Source: Meyerozyma guilliermondii (Eukaryota). From it: DNA of 64,000 nt. A program made the translations under genes and the position numbers. Where the stretch lies: NCBI GenBank assembly GCA_051546255.1, contig CP128818.1, positions 620,001 to 684,000 on the forward strand, written 5' to 3'. Shown here piece after piece: positions 41,818-52,892 of the stretch. The stretch's first letter is position 1, and each line of letters starts with the position of its first letter. The notes beneath the pieces are model-generated. The model had not been told where the DNA came from. It was given only the letters and a program-made list of their open reading frames with translations, and made no database searches.

Positions 41818-42939
41818 CTACTCGTCTTCATCCGAATCTATAATCCGTCTTTTCTTTCTCAGCTTTTGTTCCTCATCGTCCCCTTCTGGGGTGCTACGAT
41901 ACTTGGAGGCGCCCTCGTTCTTGAGTTGTTTCAAGCGTTCGGCTCCCTTTTCAAATTCCTCTTCTTCGTCTTCTCCATCTTCATCTTCTTCGACCTCTTC
42001 TTCTTCTCCATCGTCCACAAAATCATCCTCTATATCGTAGTCTTCATTGCCATATCTTTGCTCAAACAGTGCGTACGCTGGTTGGTCCTCGTCGTCGTAA
42101 TCGTCTCCGCGACGCACACCTGAGGTTCCAATCTTTTCATCTTGCTGTCTGCGTTTCGCTTCGAGTTGTCTCTTCAACTTCAAAGCCTTACGGTCGTTTT
42201 CGTCCGCTAAGCGCTGCTTCATCATAGGGTCGTTCTCGGTTATGGTGTTTAAAATGGTATCTTTTCTTTGTATGTTTTTCACCGCCTGGGTCAACTTTCT
42301 GTGTGTCGATGCCGTGGTGGATGTGGGCAACAAGTTCACCAGTTTGGTTAAAATGGCATCATTTTGCAAGATTTCCAAATCGTCGTGGGCCCGCACTAAG
42401 AAATTGTCGGTTATAGGAAGCGTCTTGTAGTCAAATAGCTCGTTTCCAATCTTAAGCGAGAGACTTCCATCGTCCCACTGTATGAAATGCGCATTGGATT
42501 GCTTGATAATCTCATCATCTCCTCGATTGGAGTACCTCCACCGTACTGTGTTCTCATTAAGAAGCTTTTCGGCCACCAAATCGTTGTGTATCTGCTTCAG
42601 ACTCATGTCACTTTTCTTACGTTGTTCGAAATTTTGCTGCACTTTCTGCTTGAATTCACTAGGATCAAATGGATGAGCATCGACATTCAAGAAAACAGGC
42701 ATTTTTAACAAGTACGTATCATTGTCTGCCTTGAAAGACACGGCATGTCGGGGCATAGAAACGTCCAATATCTTTTGTTCAACTTCTTCTTCTTTATCCT
42801 CGTCATCATTATCGCTGCCACTTTGAGAGTCCTCGTCCTCCAATCCAGGCTCCTGAGCAGTTTGAGGATCCGAATCTCCAAAAAGATCGTCCACTTCCTC
42901 TCCAATGTCATTATTATTCGTTTCTACTTCGGCCGACAT
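41818..42939 (-). CDS. LEO1: PAF1 complex subunit Leo1
   Basis: ENTVRWRY..QSNAHFIQWDDGSLSLKIGNE; acidic termini. Confidence 0.93.
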   Translation of the reverse strand: MSAEVETNNNDIGEEVDDLFGDSDPQTAQEPGLEDEDSQSGSDNDDEDKEEEVEQKILDVSMPRHAVSFKADNDTYLLKMPVFLNVDAHPFDPSEFKQKVQQNFEQRKKSDMSLKQIHNDLVAEKLLNENTVRWRYSNRGDDEIIKQSNAHFIQWDDGSLSLKIGNELFDYKTLPITDNFLVRAHDDLEILQNDAILTKLVNLLPTSTTASTHRKLTQAVKNIQRKDTILNTITENDPMMKQRLADENDRKALKLKRQLEAKRRQQDEKIGTSGVRRGDDYDDEDQPAYALFEQRYGNEDYDIEDDFVDDGEEEEVEEDEDGEDEEEEFEKGAERLKQLKNEGASKYRSTPEGDDEEQKLRKKRRIIDSDEDE

Positions 42940-43121
42940 GTTTGCAAAACTTCAACTTCGCAGAGATTTTGGTGATAGGAAAGCGGACCCAGACACCCAT
43001 ACATTACAAGATACTTGTTAACCTTTCAAGTATGGTGAGCTATGTATCGTACAAAATGAAGGACATGAGTAATTATACAAATAAACCACGGTATCCAGAA
43101 ACAATGGTGGTTCCAAGGATA

Positions 43122-44696
43122 TTAATGAGGGGTCACACCTGGTGGTGATACCAGTATTGCCACAGGTGCAGATGGCACGGGAATGGCCACAGCTGCCGAA
43201 ACAGTGCCTGGCGTGTGGGTCTCTTCTTCGTCGTCAGATATGTCATACTCATGGTCCGAATCCACTATTGGAAGTGCTTTTGAGTTGACGTTATTCTGGT
43301 ATCCAACAAAGTCGTCCTGATTATTGGTTGACGAAAGTGATTTGCTGTGATGCCTTTTGAACGCAGGTTTTAATGGTGATCCAACTTCGCCAGCATCCAT
43401 AGTCAGCAAAGCTTTGGATGACCGGCGCAGGCCATCAGGGTTATGTGAGGGTAGCAACTTATAGGCATATTGTATCAAGAATTCGACCACTAGTTGTGAA
43501 AGTGCATATTCAATGGGATCCATGTCATGGCTTGGATGAGAAAGAATCGATGGTTGGAAAATCGCAGCAAGATTACGAGAAGACATCAAGTTAACATCGC
43601 TGTGATTTTGCACCATTGCCAATAAGTCGAGAATGTAGAAAAGAAGTTGTTTTGATAGGTCAGGAAGTATATCAACCATTTCCTTATAATCTTTGATGGC
43701 ATCATGAACGTCTCGCGTGAGTTTCTTATAGTTGCGGTGTCTTCGTTCTTTGCTATCAGTATCACAGTCAGGTGCAGATGATGATGCATTTGTACAATCT
43801 TTGGTTTGATCATTTGTGGCAGGGAAATCTTGTGATCGTGGGTCTGATGTATATATAGGTTCACGTTGTTGATTGAAGCGACCCATGTTCGTCTCCGTCA
43901 ACGGCTCAGATTTATCCAACAGCTCTGATGATGCTACTCCCGAGGTTGCAACGGAAGTCGAAATATCCTTGATACTTTTGTATGGGTTTTCAGCCTTATA
44001 CTTCATGTAATTGACAATCCGGGGCCGATTTCGTAACGGATCACGAAACTTTTCGTAGAGATCCAACGGTATGAGCGGCTCTGGAAGTGCATTCAAATAG
44101 CGACGAAGGATAGATGCAGCATCATGAACGGTGAACCCGTCCCATGAGAGTTTCTTGCCAAATTCAGGAGGGGTGTTGAACACCAATTGTAGTTCTTTGA
44201 GTCGACGAGATGAGCCTCCAACGCGGAAAATACCCTCTACCTTGAGGCCATTAGTCTTTAAATACACCCCGCACTTGGCCACCACCACGGGAATCCGGCC
44301 GTACTGAAGCATCTGGTCAGAAGATGTGGTGCCAAAGATGGAGATCTTGGCCGATGCGAGGTCTATCGCTCGATCAAGCGATATGCCAAAGTACTGGCTG
44401 TTCTCATCTACAAGGGGATTGTGTTGGAGGAAAGAATCACGATGCTGGCGCAAATTGGAGCTGCGTTCGGACTGGTTATTCGAGTTGGATCGGGCTCGAT
44501 TGACGTTATTGGTGGACCGAGACTTGTGCTGGAGGAGCGGGCGCAAAAATTCTTGTTGTTGGGAAGGGTCATCGGGGTCAGAAAGGGGATCTTGGACGTC
44601 GTTCACAGAGTCCGAAGACATGAGACTGCCACGCTTGAGGTTCTTTACCCATCCAAATATGGAGTTGCGGTTTGTGGGAGACAGAGCGTGCGACAT
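43122..44696 (-). CDS. SAC7: RhoGAP (Sac7/Bag7 type)
   Basis: YGRIPVVVAKCGVYLK, EGIFRVGGS, VHDAASILRRYLN, NLAAIFQP. Confidence 0.88.
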   Translation of the reverse strand: MSHALSPTNRNSIFGWVKNLKRGSLMSSDSVNDVQDPLSDPDDPSQQQEFLRPLLQHKSRSTNNVNRARSNSNNQSERSSNLRQHRDSFLQHNPLVDENSQYFGISLDRAIDLASAKISIFGTTSSDQMLQYGRIPVVVAKCGVYLKTNGLKVEGIFRVGGSSRRLKELQLVFNTPPEFGKKLSWDGFTVHDAASILRRYLNALPEPLIPLDLYEKFRDPLRNRPRIVNYMKYKAENPYKSIKDISTSVATSGVASSELLDKSEPLTETNMGRFNQQREPIYTSDPRSQDFPATNDQTKDCTNASSSAPDCDTDSKERRHRNYKKLTRDVHDAIKDYKEMVDILPDLSKQLLFYILDLLAMVQNHSDVNLMSSRNLAAIFQPSILSHPSHDMDPIEYALSQLVVEFLIQYAYKLLPSHNPDGLRRSSKALLTMDAGEVGSPLKPAFKRHHSKSLSSTNNQDDFVGYQNNVNSKALPIVDSDHEYDISDDEEETHTPGTVSAAVAIPVPSAPVAILVSPPGVTPH

Positions 44697-45074
44697 CTGG
44701 GATCTGGGGGTTAAAACACGTCGTCAATACTCGTCGGAACGGTTCAAAAAACCGCAGCTGATAACAACGGACACGGAGTTCAGACGGGAGATGTTATAAA
44801 TAAACAAATCAAAATTTGAGAACAAAACAAGCTTCACGAGAAAGACCTGTACACACGGAATTGCAAAAATACGTCAACGAGACTCAACACAATAACAAAG
44901 TTTTTGGTACTGAAGTGTGCCTCTGTTGGCATGGATGACTTGTGAGCGTTGTTTGCACAGCGCAGATGCAGGGCAGATGCAGGCCCGTAGTGCGCGGTCT
45001 AGAACAATTGCTATTATTAGCTGGTGCACTGGGCGGACCGAGCCACTACCCCAGACTTTTACATTCATTTTTAT

Positions 45075-46580
45075 CTAATTCAATTGTACATAGTTTCCTG
45101 GAAAGACTCCGGTCTGGCCATTGTACCGTCCTGTCCACCACCCATTGGCGTCACTGGTACGGTCAACAACTTCAATTACAGCTCCTGCTGTGAAACTAAG
45201 GTCTCCTTGCGCCTGGGCCGTGTAATCGTAAAGAGCCGTGCAGGTTTGGGCCTGAGCTGGAACGGGCGCTGGAACGGGTGCGGCAGAGGCAGGTGTCACA
45301 GGCGTTCCGTATGAGGGAACGCTTTGGGCCAGAGGGGGAGAAGAATATGTTGATGCGGCAGTTGTAGGCGACTGGTAACCTGGTCCTTGCGGACTCTTGT
45401 AGTCTCCATAAGCTGGTGCTGGTGCTGGTGCTTGACCATAAACTGGTGTTGATGCTTGACCATATTGTGGTTGAGCGGGTTGTCCATACAGCGGAGCAGG
45501 TTTTCCATATTGTGGCGAGGCAGGTTGTCCGTATTGTGGCTGAGCAGGTTGGCCATATTGCGGTTGACCTGGTTGTTGTCCGTACTGCGGTTGACCTGGC
45601 TGTTGTCCATACTGAGTGTACTGTCCATATTGTCCCTGGTCAGGAGAGTAAGGTGGAAGCTGTTCTCCGGGAACAGGGGAGCCAGTGGCTCCGGCACCAG
45701 CTGCTGCATGTCTTCTTTTGGTTGCTTCCAATTTGGCCTTGGCGTGTCCCTGCTTGAAATGGGTGATTCCTATCGCATCGGTTTGCTCTTCAATGTTTCC
45801 TTTCTTGAAGTGATAAGCCTCAACAATGTCGGAGTTCAAGTCAAAGTATGGAATCTTGAGTTCCTCCATGCGTTGGTACAACGTATAGAAGATGTTCAAT
45901 TGCATGTAGTAGAAACTGACGAAAAGTGGACGAATGAAGTCTGATTGCATCTGGAACAAAACCGGCAATTCATTCTTCAACATCTCATTATAGTAGTCGT
46001 ACTCCTCCTGTGCTACATGAACTTCTGCCTCAGCATTATACATCTTTTCCTCATCTTTGGCAGTTCGCTCCTTCTTGTCCTCGTACTTCTTGAAAGTTCG
46101 CTTGTGACGATCAAGATCAACCTGCTTGTGGTCACGTTTGGTTGCCATTTTTCTAATGGATTGAATAACCTGGAGAAGTTCCTGAGCTGGGTTCACCACC
46201 CGTTTCTCGATTAATTCCAAGTCTGGTTTAAGAGTCTCCTTGAGCTCCTTCACCACTTCACGGTATTGCTCACTGGCTTGGATTCCCTCGGGATTGTCCT
46301 CAGGAACCGTGCTGCTGGGGTCAGAAACCCTTCCACTGATAGGCTTATAGATTTCCTCAATTGCCTTGGAAAAATCAATCTGGTTGTCCAAAATGCCGTT
46401 CACAGCATTAAAGTACCGTTTGGACTCATCACTGAGCTTCTTGGTCTCAATTTCCAATTCTTTGAACCTTCTTTCAGCATCAATATAAACAGGATCCTGA
46501 GTAACTTCGCCCATATTGAGCTTTTGACGAAAGTTCTGAGGTGCCCTCACAAGGGACTTCTTAATTCCTTTGAAGGACAT
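45075..46580 (-). CDS. RVS167: Amphiphysin Rvs167 (BAR, GPA-rich linker, SH3)
   Basis: [18 protein letters not shown] start; [18 protein letters not shown]3. Confidence 0.96.
   Translation of the reverse strand: MSFKGIKKSLVRAPQNFRQKLNMGEVTQDPVYIDAERRFKELEIETKKLSDESKRYFNAVNGILDNQIDFSKAIEEIYKPISGRVSDPSSTVPEDNPEGIQASEQYREVVKELKETLKPDLELIEKRVVNPAQELLQVIQSIRKMATKRDHKQVDLDRHKRTFKKYEDKKERTAKDEEKMYNAEAEVHVAQEEYDYYNEMLKNELPVLFQMQSDFIRPLFVSFYYMQLNIFYTLYQRMEELKIPYFDLNSDIVEAYHFKKGNIEEQTDAIGITHFKQGHAKAKLEATKRRHAAAGAGATGSPVPGEQLPPYSPDQGQYGQYTQYGQQPGQPQYGQQPGQPQYGQPAQPQYGQPASPQYGKPAPLYGQPAQPQYGQASTPVYGQAPAPAPAYGDYKSPQGPGYQSPTTAASTYSSPPLAQSVPSYGTPVTPASAAPVPAPVPAQAQTCTALYDYTAQAQGDLSFTAGAVIEVVDRTSDANGWWTGRYNGQTGVFPGNYVQLN
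45404..45633 (-). repeat. Degenerate YGQ(P/Q)-type peptide repeat array in the Rvs167 linker
   Basis: YGQQPGQPQ x2, [45 protein letters not shown]. Confidence 0.85.
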
Positions 46581-47029
46581 GGCTTCTGTTGGTTAGGAAG
46601 TGGCAATCGTCTGAGTATCTCGGTGCGTGAAATTGAGCCGAATGCTCCCAGTGACCGCGGGTCCGGGTAACGCGGGCGGTGCGAAAGGCCAAGACGGAAA
46701 GTGGTAGGGAGAATAGTGTAGGGGCCAGTGGGGGAGTGGAGGTATAGTTTTCGGGGTTCTGAGAAGAGAAGGGACTGAAGAATGTATGAGGGTAGTGTGT
46801 TGCTGAGCTTCATAAATTTTCGCTGATTTTATTGGTCTCGGCGGTTGGGTGCAAAATTAGACAAAAGTGATAATGTTGATTGTATACATCAAGTTATACA
46901 TGGTAATATGTACATTAATATATATCCGTTAAAGAAAGATTTTTCCTCTCTCTTCAAATTCGTTTCCTAGTATTTTATTTTTGCGACGTATTTGCGCACC
47001 GCTAATTTGCAACAGTCGCACAAATACTT

Positions 47030-48535
47030 ATGGCACCCAACTATAAAACCGAGATCAACCCTCAGTTTCCCTCGGGAACCTTGAGATCTTCCGTGTATCT
47101 CACACTTAAGGTTGTTTTAAAGCGCATAATTGTCTTGTATTTATATATAAGGCTATATTTTTCGATCGTGGTGAGATCACTGACATGGTTGATTCGCAGC
47201 CGTCCTCCGAATGTATCACGTTTTCAACGAGTAAGATTGAGACTCAGAAATTGGAGATATAGGCTATTCAATGCCAACGAAATTGCTAGCAACCACGTAT
47301 CGGCACTAGTGTCGATATTTGACCACACTATCACCGAGTCAAACCCGGTAAACGAGACCACAAATTCAGTTCAAAAATCTGTACAGCAACAAAACCATTT
47401 CACTGCTCCAGCAGTTATTCAAGCAGCAACAGAGCAATTCCACTCATTTGCCGAAAGAAGTTACTTGTCATCTCCAGCACCGGAAAAGAGCCTCACCTCC
47501 ATAGGCTCCACCATGGCCACCCCAACTAAACCCCCCACCAGAGCAGCAGCGGCCCCCACCAAACCAGTGTCCAAGATAGTCAGTGTTGAAATTCCCGGGC
47601 ATCGAAAGTTCAGGCTCCAGGTCTCCAACAAAGCTAGCTCTCGCGCTCTCGGTCAAATCAAGACCTCAATTGCTGGATCGGACACCAACTACATCAACGA
47701 AGTCACAGAAAGTATTCGCAGTGTGTTCGCTCTCGAAAGCCACGACGATGGTTCATTGGCTCCCATCATTGTGAGACTAGCCTGGCACTGCTGTGCGACT
47801 TATGACAAGGAAAGTGGTACTGGAGGCTCCAATGGGTCCACAATGAGATTTTTACCCGAAATGACAGATGAAGGAAACTATGGTCTCGACATGGCCCGAG
47901 CAGCTCTTGAGCCCGTCAAGTTCAAATTCCCCAGGATAACCTATTCGGACTTGTGGACACTAGCGGGAAAAGTTGCAATTGAGCATATGGGTGGTCCTAC
48001 CATAAAGTGGATTTGTGGGCGGGTAGATTGTCCTACAGACTGGTATGTTCCTCCAAACGGACGTCTACCATTTGGATCAAAAGATGCCGACCACGTTCGA
48101 AAAACGTTTGAACGAATGGGTTTCAACGATAGAGAAGCTGTGGCATTGATTGGATGTCATGCTATTGGGCGGTGCCATAAAAGGCTCAGTGGTTGGGAAG
48201 GAAAGTGGACTCGCACACCCACGATTTTTACCAATGCTTTTTTCCGGGCATTGCTCGAAGAAGAGTGGGTGTTGGACACAGTTCCAGAGACTGGCAGGCA
48301 CCAGTTCTACAACCGAGACAAAAGCCTCATGATGCTAAATACAGATATGGAATTGTTGAGAGATGAAGAATTTCGCAGCCATGTGGTTCGATACGCATAT
48401 GACGAAAAATGCTTTTTTGACGATTTTGCTGATGCTTTCGCCAAACTACTAGAATTGGGGATAACCAGAGATGCCCATGGAAACGTACTTCTCCGCAACA
48501 TTTTACCGTTGGTTCCTATTCCCGAGCGGCCTTAA
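47030..48535 (+). CDS. CCP2: Class I heme peroxidase, Ccp2-like, with long N-terminal extension (alternative start 47513)
   Basis: Distal RLAWHCCATYD, GGSNGSTMRF, proximal IGCHAIGRCH, GWEGKWT. Confidence 0.82.
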   Translation: MAPNYKTEINPQFPSGTLRSSVYLTLKVVLKRIIVLYLYIRLYFSIVVRSLTWLIRSRPPNVSRFQRVRLRLRNWRYRLFNANEIASNHVSALVSIFDHTITESNPVNETTNSVQKSVQQQNHFTAPAVIQAATEQFHSFAERSYLSSPAPEKSLTSIGSTMATPTKPPTRAAAAPTKPVSKIVSVEIPGHRKFRLQVSNKASSRALGQIKTSIAGSDTNYINEVTESIRSVFALESHDDGSLAPIIVRLAWHCCATYDKESGTGGSNGSTMRFLPEMTDEGNYGLDMARAALEPVKFKFPRITYSDLWTLAGKVAIEHMGGPTIKWICGRVDCPTDWYVPPNGRLPFGSKDADHVRKTFERMGFNDREAVALIGCHAIGRCHKRLSGWEGKWTRTPTIFTNAFFRALLEEEWVLDTVPETGRHQFYNRDKSLMMLNTDMELLRDEEFRSHVVRYAYDEKCFFDDFADAFAKLLELGITRDAHGNVLLRNILPLVPIPERP

Positions 48536-48652
48536 ACGTCCGTTCGCACTTGCCGCAATGTCCGATTAGTGATGCAGGTCATAAAGATTACCAATTCTTT
48601 TTTTTTCTCGCTACTTTTCAAACCTAATCTTAACTAGCCACACAAATTTTAT

Positions 48653-49978
48653 ATGGAAAAGTACGACGTTTTCCCGGAAACGGGGTTTCTTCCTCGAGAG
48701 TTTCCTCTTGAAAAGCTTCCCCAAGCTTACTACCAACCATGGGAGGACTTGGTGAACAATTTACCTGCCCTCATTATGTCCAAGAAAATCAGGCCATTGA
48801 TAGATCAATTGCCCAAACTCGACACCAACCAATTGACAAACGAGCGAGAGTACAGAAGAGCATACCAGGTTCTTGGATTCCTCACCCAAGCATACATATG
48901 GGGCGTCAATGAGCCCAGAGATAAACTCCCGGTGCAACTTTCAGAACCCATGTTGGTCGTGGCCAATCACCTCCGGCTTCCTCCTCTTGCCACCTACGCT
49001 TCTTTGTGCTTGTGGAACTTCAAACCAATCATGAAAACCGGCGAAAATATCTGGGACTTGGACAACTTGACAACCATCAACACCTTCACTGGATCCATCG
49101 ACGAGAGCTGGTTCTACTTGGTGAGCATTTTCTTTGAGATGAAAGGTTCATTTGCCATCAAAGCAGGTATGGCGGCCATTGAGGGCACTCAAGAAGATAA
49201 CCCAGCCAAGGTTCAAACCAGCCTTGAAAACTTGGCTGAGAGCATCGATGCATTGGGGCTGGAAATGATGCGCATGGAAGAAATGTGTGATCCTCATGTA
49301 TTTTACTTTCGTATCCGCCCGTATTTTGCGGGATGGAAGAATATGGGTGACGCAGGATTGAGCAAAGGCGGTATATTTTACGAGCCCGAAACCACTCCAC
49401 GAGCATACGCCGGTGGTTCCAATGCTCAGTCATCGCTCATTCAGCTCTTTGACATTTTGCTTGGGGTGAAACATTACTCTACAGGTGAGAGGCCATTGCC
49501 CACTTCGCAGGATGCGACCGAAGGACCGGAAAATGCATTTATGGACGAAATGAAAGGATATATGCCTGGAAAGCACCAGGACTTCTTGCAAAAAATACAG
49601 CAAGATGCAAAGATCCGTGATTATGTGTTTGCTCATAAGGACACCCACCCAGCTCTCGTGCTCAGCTACGACGCATGTCTTGCTATGCTCAAGCTGTTCA
49701 GAGACAAACACATCCAGATTGTTACCCGTTACATTGTGCTTCAGGCCAAATCCAGTGCCAAGATGGGCTCAAGTATGACATTGCGCTCAGGTCTTGCCAA
49801 GTCTAAGAAGAGTGGTTCAGAAGCTAAAGGGACCGGAGGCACGGCGCTTTTGCCTTTCCTCAAACAGTGCAGAGACGAAACTGGTGCACCCGCAGCCGGA
49901 GACTGGGGTAAGCGTATTCTTAGTGATGGAGTGATGAGATTACGATTTGCTAAAAGCAACGCTATCAATGAAGACTAA
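48653..49978 (+). CDS. BNA2: Indoleamine 2,3-dioxygenase (kynurenine/NAD+ pathway)
   Basis: TFTGSIDESWFYLVS, YAGGSNAQSSLIQ, FRDKHIQIVTRYI, GTGGTALLPFLKQCRDET. Confidence 0.96.
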   Translation: MEKYDVFPETGFLPREFPLEKLPQAYYQPWEDLVNNLPALIMSKKIRPLIDQLPKLDTNQLTNEREYRRAYQVLGFLTQAYIWGVNEPRDKLPVQLSEPMLVVANHLRLPPLATYASLCLWNFKPIMKTGENIWDLDNLTTINTFTGSIDESWFYLVSIFFEMKGSFAIKAGMAAIEGTQEDNPAKVQTSLENLAESIDALGLEMMRMEEMCDPHVFYFRIRPYFAGWKNMGDAGLSKGGIFYEPETTPRAYAGGSNAQSSLIQLFDILLGVKHYSTGERPLPTSQDATEGPENAFMDEMKGYMPGKHQDFLQKIQQDAKIRDYVFAHKDTHPALVLSYDACLAMLKLFRDKHIQIVTRYIVLQAKSSAKMGSSMTLRSGLAKSKKSGSEAKGTGGTALLPFLKQCRDETGAPAAGDWGKRILSDGVMRLRFAKSNAINED

Positions 49979-50069
49979 ATTAGTTGAAGAGATCAACGGA
50001 GATTAGATGTTTGTACAAAGTGCATTGAATGCACCTATATATGACCAGATGAATGTATCATAGTTCCCA

Positions 50070-50076
50070 TGACTCA
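50070..50076. promoter_or_regulatory. Gcn4-type site TGACTCA upstream of HTS1
   Basis: Exact core about 50 bp upstream of an aminoacyl-tRNA synthetase gene. Confidence 0.55.
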
Positions 50077-50124
50077 GACCGGTCTTGGTCCTGTACACAC
50101 TTCGTGACGATTTTTCACCATTGA

Positions 50125-51759
50125 ATGCTTCGATACCTTCGAATTTCTGCAGTACGTAGTATTAGGAGAATGTCGAGTGAAGCTGCAAACACTGCCCCAA
50201 TGGCTTCTGCGGCCGCGGAGAGCAAGTCTACGAAACCAAAAGACTCAAAAAAGAAGTCTAAGAAGCTGGAGCAATTTTTGTTGAAGACTCCAAAAGGTAC
50301 CAAGGATTGGGCCGACAAGGACATGATCTTCAGGGAAGCTATTTTCAACAGTTTGAGCACCTTGTTTCAGAAACACGGAGGTGTGACCATAGACACGCCA
50401 GTGTTTGAGTTGAGAGAGATTTTGACTGGCAAATATGGTGAAGATTCCAAATTGATATACAACTTGGAAGATCAAGGAGGAGAATTAACTTCTCTCAGAT
50501 ACGACTTGACGGTACCTTTTGCACGTTTTGTTGCATCGAACAGCATCAGCAGCATCAAGAGATACCACATTGCCAAGGTATACAGACGAGACCAACCAGC
50601 CATGACAAAAGGACGGATGAGAGAGTTCTACCAATGCGACTTTGATATTGCCGGGCAGTACGATTCCATGATTCCTGATTCAGAGATTCTTCAGCTTCTT
50701 TGCGAAGGGTTGACTGGGCTTGGCATTCGTGACTTTAAGGTTAAATTGAACCACAGAAAAATCTTGGATGGTATTTTCCAAGCTTGTGGAGTTCAAGACG
50801 AAGATGTTCGTAAGGTTTCCTCGGCTGTCGACAAGTTGGACAAGTTGCCATGGCAAGCAGTGAAAGACGAAATGGTGAAGGAGAAGAACCAGCCCGAGGA
50901 AGTGGCAGACCGTATTGGAGAGTTTGTTAAGCACAACGGTACGGTTAGAGAAGTGTTGGATATTTTGCGAAACGACGAGCTTCTCACCGCCAACAAAAGT
51001 GCCCAAGAGGGAATTGCTGACATGGAAACTTTGGCAGACTATTTGGATGCATTTGAAATCTCCAGCTTTATCAGCTTTGATTTATCGTTGGCTAGAGGCT
51101 TGGACTATTACACCGGGTTGATCTACGAAGCTGTTACGGCGGCTTCTGCGCCTCCTACCGACGCTGAAAAGTTGAAACAAAAGGCCCAGAAAGACAAGAA
51201 AGAAGTTGAAGATGCCAGTGAATACGTTGGTGTTGGTTCTATTGCCGCTGGTGGTCGCTACGACAATTTGGTGGGTATGTTCTCCAACGGTAAATCGATA
51301 CCATGTGTCGGTATTTCGTTTGGTGTGGAGCGTCTCTTTTCCATAATCAAAGCTCGTGCTCAGAAGCAACTAAACGAAGTCAGTGCGTCCAAAACTCAAG
51401 CTTTTGTAATGGCTTTTGGAGGTGGAGAAGGCTGGAACGGCTACTTGAAGGAGAGAATGGCCATAGCACAACGTTTGTGGGCAGCAGGAATCAATACTGA
51501 ATATTTGTACAAAGCCAAGGCCAATATCCGCAAGCAATTCGACGCTGCTGAGAAGTCTGGTGCTCAGATAGGAGTTATTTTGGGTAAAGAAGAGTACTTG
51601 GAAGGCAAGTTGAGAGTAAAGGTTTTGGGACAGGGAGAAGACAGTGATCAGGGAGAACTTGTAGATGTTAAAGATATTGTGGAAGTTGTGCAGAAGAAGA
51701 TTGAAGAGTCAAAGAAAGGAGGTATGGATGACATTACTCGACTCATACGTAATTTATAG
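50125..51759 (+). CDS. HTS1: Histidyl-tRNA synthetase, probably cytosolic and mitochondrial (ATGs at 50125 and 50170)
   Basis: [50 protein letters not shown]. Confidence 0.98.
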   Translation: MLRYLRISAVRSIRRMSSEAANTAPMASAAAESKSTKPKDSKKKSKKLEQFLLKTPKGTKDWADKDMIFREAIFNSLSTLFQKHGGVTIDTPVFELREILTGKYGEDSKLIYNLEDQGGELTSLRYDLTVPFARFVASNSISSIKRYHIAKVYRRDQPAMTKGRMREFYQCDFDIAGQYDSMIPDSEILQLLCEGLTGLGIRDFKVKLNHRKILDGIFQACGVQDEDVRKVSSAVDKLDKLPWQAVKDEMVKEKNQPEEVADRIGEFVKHNGTVREVLDILRNDELLTANKSAQEGIADMETLADYLDAFEISSFISFDLSLARGLDYYTGLIYEAVTAASAPPTDAEKLKQKAQKDKKEVEDASEYVGVGSIAAGGRYDNLVGMFSNGKSIPCVGISFGVERLFSIIKARAQKQLNEVSASKTQAFVMAFGGGEGWNGYLKERMAIAQRLWAAGINTEYLYKAKANIRKQFDAAEKSGAQIGVILGKEEYLEGKLRVKVLGQGEDSDQGELVDVKDIVEVVQKKIEESKKGGMDDITRLIRNL

Positions 51760-51779
51760 AGGTATAATGCAGCCCTTTT

Positions 51780-52892
51780 TCAGTTCTCGTCCAATTTGCA
51801 GCTAACCTTGGTGCCGTGCTTTTCTTTGCCTGTTCTTTTGACTCTGTTCCAAAGTGTATTGACATCGTTGAAGCAGAACCACCAGATGACTCCACACCAA
51901 GAGTCAACGTGAGGAAGGGGGTCGTAGAAGTCAGCAGCAATGCGGCGCAATTCGGGGAGTTTTGTCCAGGCTATGTATGGGAAATCATGGTGTTCATTGT
52001 GGTAACCAACGTTCCAAGTGAGCTTGTTGAGGGGTCCATAGTACAGGTAAGTTTCTGCTGGGAGAAGTTCAGGTGGAATATTGACCTTTTTGGCATCGAA
52101 TTCCCGCCGGGAATTGTTGTTCTCGTTGAGCACATAATGCTCAGCTATAAAGTGTCCCGCACAAGGGTGCAACAGACCCGCCAAAAACGAGCTCATTATG
52201 AAATAGCCCAAGGCTCTGACACCCATGAACTTGACCACCAACACATCAGCCAATACTTGGCCAATAATGTTGAGTAAATGAATATAGGTGAACTGGATCT
52301 GGGTGATGAACATGGGACGTAAAGCATAGAAAAAGATTTGGCAGCAGGCGAAAAAAACCTTTCCCAACACATTGGAGAGAAGGATGCCTTCCCAGTGAGT
52401 GGGAAGATCGGTATCGAGATAGGCATCGCCTAAAAATTTGTGATGGAGTTGGTGGTATGGCTGGAACAGCGCCAGGTATGGAATTCCAATGGGGATGTTT
52501 GCAAATATAGCAAAGAGTTTATTGTGGATTGGTTTTTTGAACAAGAGATTGTGGGAAAGCTCATGGATAGCCAAGAAAATCGCCTGGTTGGCGGTGGCTC
52601 CGATCACGTATGCGGTGACTATGAATTTCCAGCTGTTAAGAGGCGTTTTCCGAAGAAGATACGCCACCGTTAGTTGGAGCAAAACGACTCCAATGACATA
52701 CCACTTGGTTTTGGGTTCATATCCGGTGAGTTTGGACACCTCGGGGTGTCTTTTTAGGATCAATTTTCTGCGTTGCACATGAGGTTCTTGTTCATTTGTC
52801 CAATAAAATTGATTGAGAATCTCGATTGGAGCATCAGCCGGTGGAGTTTCCGTTTTGTACGTTTTGTTATTGGTCCGATGTGTTATGGACAT
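51780..52892 (-). CDS. DES1: Sphingolipid delta-4 desaturase
   Basis: His boxes HELSH, HQLHH, HNEHH; FYWTNEQEPH; likely start MSITHR at 52892. Confidence 0.95.
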   Translation of the reverse strand: MSITHRTNNKTYKTETPPADAPIEILNQFYWTNEQEPHVQRRKLILKRHPEVSKLTGYEPKTKWYVIGVVLLQLTVAYLLRKTPLNSWKFIVTAYVIGATANQAIFLAIHELSHNLLFKKPIHNKLFAIFANIPIGIPYLALFQPYHQLHHKFLGDAYLDTDLPTHWEGILLSNVLGKVFFACCQIFFYALRPMFITQIQFTYIHLLNIIGQVLADVLVVKFMGVRALGYFIMSSFLAGLLHPCAGHFIAEHYVLNENNNSRREFDAKKVNIPPELLPAETYLYYGPLNKLTWNVGYHNEHHDFPYIAWTKLPELRRIAADFYDPLPHVDSWCGVIWWFCFNDVNTLWNRVKRTGKEKHGTKVSCKLDEN

